64,000 nucleotides of DNA from assembly GCA_030141605.1 (NCBI GenBank), contig JAQGDQ010000614.1, positions 63,821-127,820 of the forward strand, given 5' to 3'. Source of the DNA: Tubiluchus corallicola. Lineage: Eukaryota; Animalia; Priapulida. The position numbers and the translations under genes were made by a program. The notes under the pieces are model-generated. The model ran no database searches and was not told the origin of the DNA. It worked only from the letters and a program-made list of their open reading frames with translations. Within the stretch, counting starts at the first letter, position 1; each line of letters begins with the position of its first letter. This document shows positions 61,111 to 64,000 of the stretch, piece after piece.

Positions 61111-64000
61111 AGTTTCATTAGCTAATATTTAAATGTATTTATCGTCAGGAATTCTCTTATAGATGGTAAAACGTATACCTATTTTATATTATAAGTAAAA
61201 TTATCATTGTTTAAAAAAATCATTCAGTTCTCCTTCAAAACGAGTACCACTTAAAGTGCCGAACTCGAGCTAATGTATGTGTAAAAGTGAATGAAGGGTG
61301 TAAACTTTGAAATTAAATCATGTTTAAACTTTGCTTTTAGTGTACAGTTTTAATCATTACATCTACTTAAGCCATTTCCTTTTCGTTGATAGCACTTTTC
61401 CACCTACAAAAACACAAGCGAACTATCTTTCTTCCCTGTCAACTCTTTTACTCGCTCGTGCCCTAAAGCTGAATATATATCTTCGTAAAATCTGATTCAA
61501 CAGAACGGTTCCCATTATGGGCCACCTGCACGACTGGTGTTCAATTGAGCTGTCCTCCCAAACGCATGAAAATTACCCCTGATTCCTTAGAGCAGCCCAG
61601 AACATTCAACCGTTGACGGTAATGGAAAGCATTCAAGAAAAATTGAAAAGGAAACACGCTTTAACTATAAGCACGAAAATAAGGATTATGGCTATTATGC
61701 TCTATCGGAAACACAACAGCTGCTTTGCCGATAGTCTGAGCGCATGCGCAATAAATCTACGGCGCCTTTCACACCTGCATGCGCGTGAAATCGGACATTA
61801 TTTTTATTTTAGTGAAGCATATAATTGGGATAGTTTAGAACGAGTAGAATGAACCGTTTGTCCAATTCTGGTATGGAATGTACAACTTCTGTGCAGCTTA
61901 ATACTTATACTGTAATAACAGACGCGAGAAATGTACGTGAGAAAAAATTCACATGGGACACCATTACTTTGAACGGTTACTAACTACAGTTTTTTGATAT
62001 AGGAAGATTTTAAAGTGGAATATACAAACTTCTGCAGACGATGATAAATTAGTACTGACTGTGTCGTAATCAGGTAAAATTCGTTAAGGTGTTTTTTATT
62101 CTTAGTTGTTTGTCGTTTACTTGTGCATATAATTGTAATTCGTTATCAATTTTCATTAAAAGTAATCAGTTATCAAGTAAATTTCCTTACCTTATCCGTC
62201 GATGATGTTTCCAATTCCTCTATACTAAATTATACCATGCGCTTTTTTACCGCAAACAAAAAATCAATGATTTGCTATTATGACTTTTTCTAATAGGGAA
62301 TATGTTTGCTTGTCTGCCCACTTTGTTTGGTTATTTGCTGACTAATGCGCTGTTTCGTCATAAATTGATTTTAGTGCAAAGCTTTGTGTTTTTATCAATA
62401 CTGAAACGTATCACTCAATAACTATTATTTTCACGCAGTGCCTTGTGGCGCTACATAGTCCTACATCCTTTCAACAGAAGCCACATTCTGTTTGCATTTA
62501 TTTTACCGTCCTTTGTTAGCGTCATATCTATGTATCGGTTTTGGCCAGCCATTTAACTTGTAGCTAAACAAGCTGTACTAGCCATTGCATAACTAATGCA
62601 ATGACGTCTGGTTCATTGTTTACCAATGAAAAATATTTTTTATCGTGAATAGAAACTATGATTAATGCCGTTGAACCACTAAGCGTAAATACTGGCTCTT
62701 ACAGCCGTGTTTGGAATGTAAACATGGTTATCTGAAATAGCCTACGGTTGCTGTTTGACTAATTATGAACGTAAGGTATTGAGTATTTAAATTTTATTCT
62801 TGTCTGAATTCAGGTACAGTAAATAGAGCGTTCGTTTCTTGACAGGAATCGTAGTTTACTATCAATTTCACAATCATCCAACCAGCAACAAACGTTGAGT
62901 AATGTGACTAATATTGGTACGCTTCTGCGTCGTATATCTCACAAGCGAAGAAATTAATCAGTGGCTGTATTTTTCGGTGAAACTGATTCGCAGAAATAAA
63001 ATTTCGGTGGAAGAAAAGCAGATCGATGCAAAGTTTGACTGAGACAAATTAAAATTCAAACTCAAGTAACATTTATTGACTCAACAGTCACACCAAAGCC
63101 GACGTTTTGGCGTGTGAAGACTTTGAAGAAAATATTTAATGTGTGCCAGCGGGTAGCAACATAAATTTCAGCCTTTGAAATGATGCAGTAAAATAAGACG
63201 ACTCAACAAACATAAATTTGACTCTACCAAACAACAAAGAAAATTATTGTCATCCGAACTGCGGCTACACAAAATGCAGCAAATAACCTGGGCAAATGAA
63301 CAACGAATAATAAATTTGCTGTCTTAAAGAAGAAACTTATTATGTTTGCTGATGAGAATGGGCGAATAATGTTTACGTAAATGTAACGTATCTATTGTTT
63401 ATTGGGTGCTACACGAGAAAATGCTTTATATTTCTTCGTTTAGAAGTTTCAAAATTGGCACATTTGACTTTTTATCAGTACCAGAATCCATTAGTCGCGC
63501 AATCTTTATTTCTTTACTATTTCTGTATAAACTCAAACAAATCGTGCTTGTGTCACTCAGCTACGTATTGGTGATAACTGGTGAGCAAAAAAACTTACTG
63601 TGCCGAAAACTTAACTGGTTTTACAAAAAGTTGTCATATATCTGCTTGAACTACCTATATATCACACTTTTTACTATGACTGATGGACGTAATTGTAACT
63701 AATACTTAATGTATTTTAGAATAAGTCAGCCAACACATATATACATTACATATTTATAATTATGGCATTTTTAGGTTGAAATATCATGCACAAATGGCCT
63801 TCGCAATTTTCCACATAACTCATGTGCCCGACGACTACTTTTAGAATTGAAAATAAACGAATGGAACTCGTTCTGCTAAGAGGATTATGTTTAACTCCCG
63901 CGACGGTACAACAGAAATTGACTATTTAATTGTTGCTGGTTGGATGATTGTGAAATTGATAGTAAACTACGATTCCTGTCAAGAAACGAACGCTCTATTT

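Noticed and set aside
60429-61132. Several ORFs of 70-186 aa
   Set aside because: Driven by (TC)n and (CCAT)n repeats.
61740-61749. NRF1-type GCGCATGCGC palindrome
   Set aside because: Isolated motif with no adjacent identifiable gene start in the window.

Overview
AT-rich, intron-rich animal genomic DNA. It is probably a spiralian invertebrate, inferred only from the endophilin sequence and the repeat landscape. Splicing exons by hand (GT/AG and reading phase checked) gives four protein-coding genes arranged as two tail-to-tail pairs. (1) The last six exons of endophilin A (+, 4529-8794) with a long 3' UTR. (2) A STAP-like SH2 adaptor (-, 13210 to at least 27104, candidate first coding exon 35918-36109), largely invisible in the ORF track; its last intron holds a decayed CR1/L2-type LINE that is itself split by a 1.1-kb insertion. 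(3) An unrecognised small secreted peptide precursor (+, 39260-41257) with a signal peptide, convertase sites, a calcitonin-like C-X5-C ring, a heptad helix and a C-terminal Cys loop ending PISRCFI. (4) CFAP210/CCDC173 (-, 43035-46756) with an RFX X-box upstream. From 47 to 64 kb I see only repeats, transposon remnants and a few unassigned small exon candidates. The peptide precursor is the best candidate for an undescribed system. No database searches were run, so family calls rest on recalled motifs.
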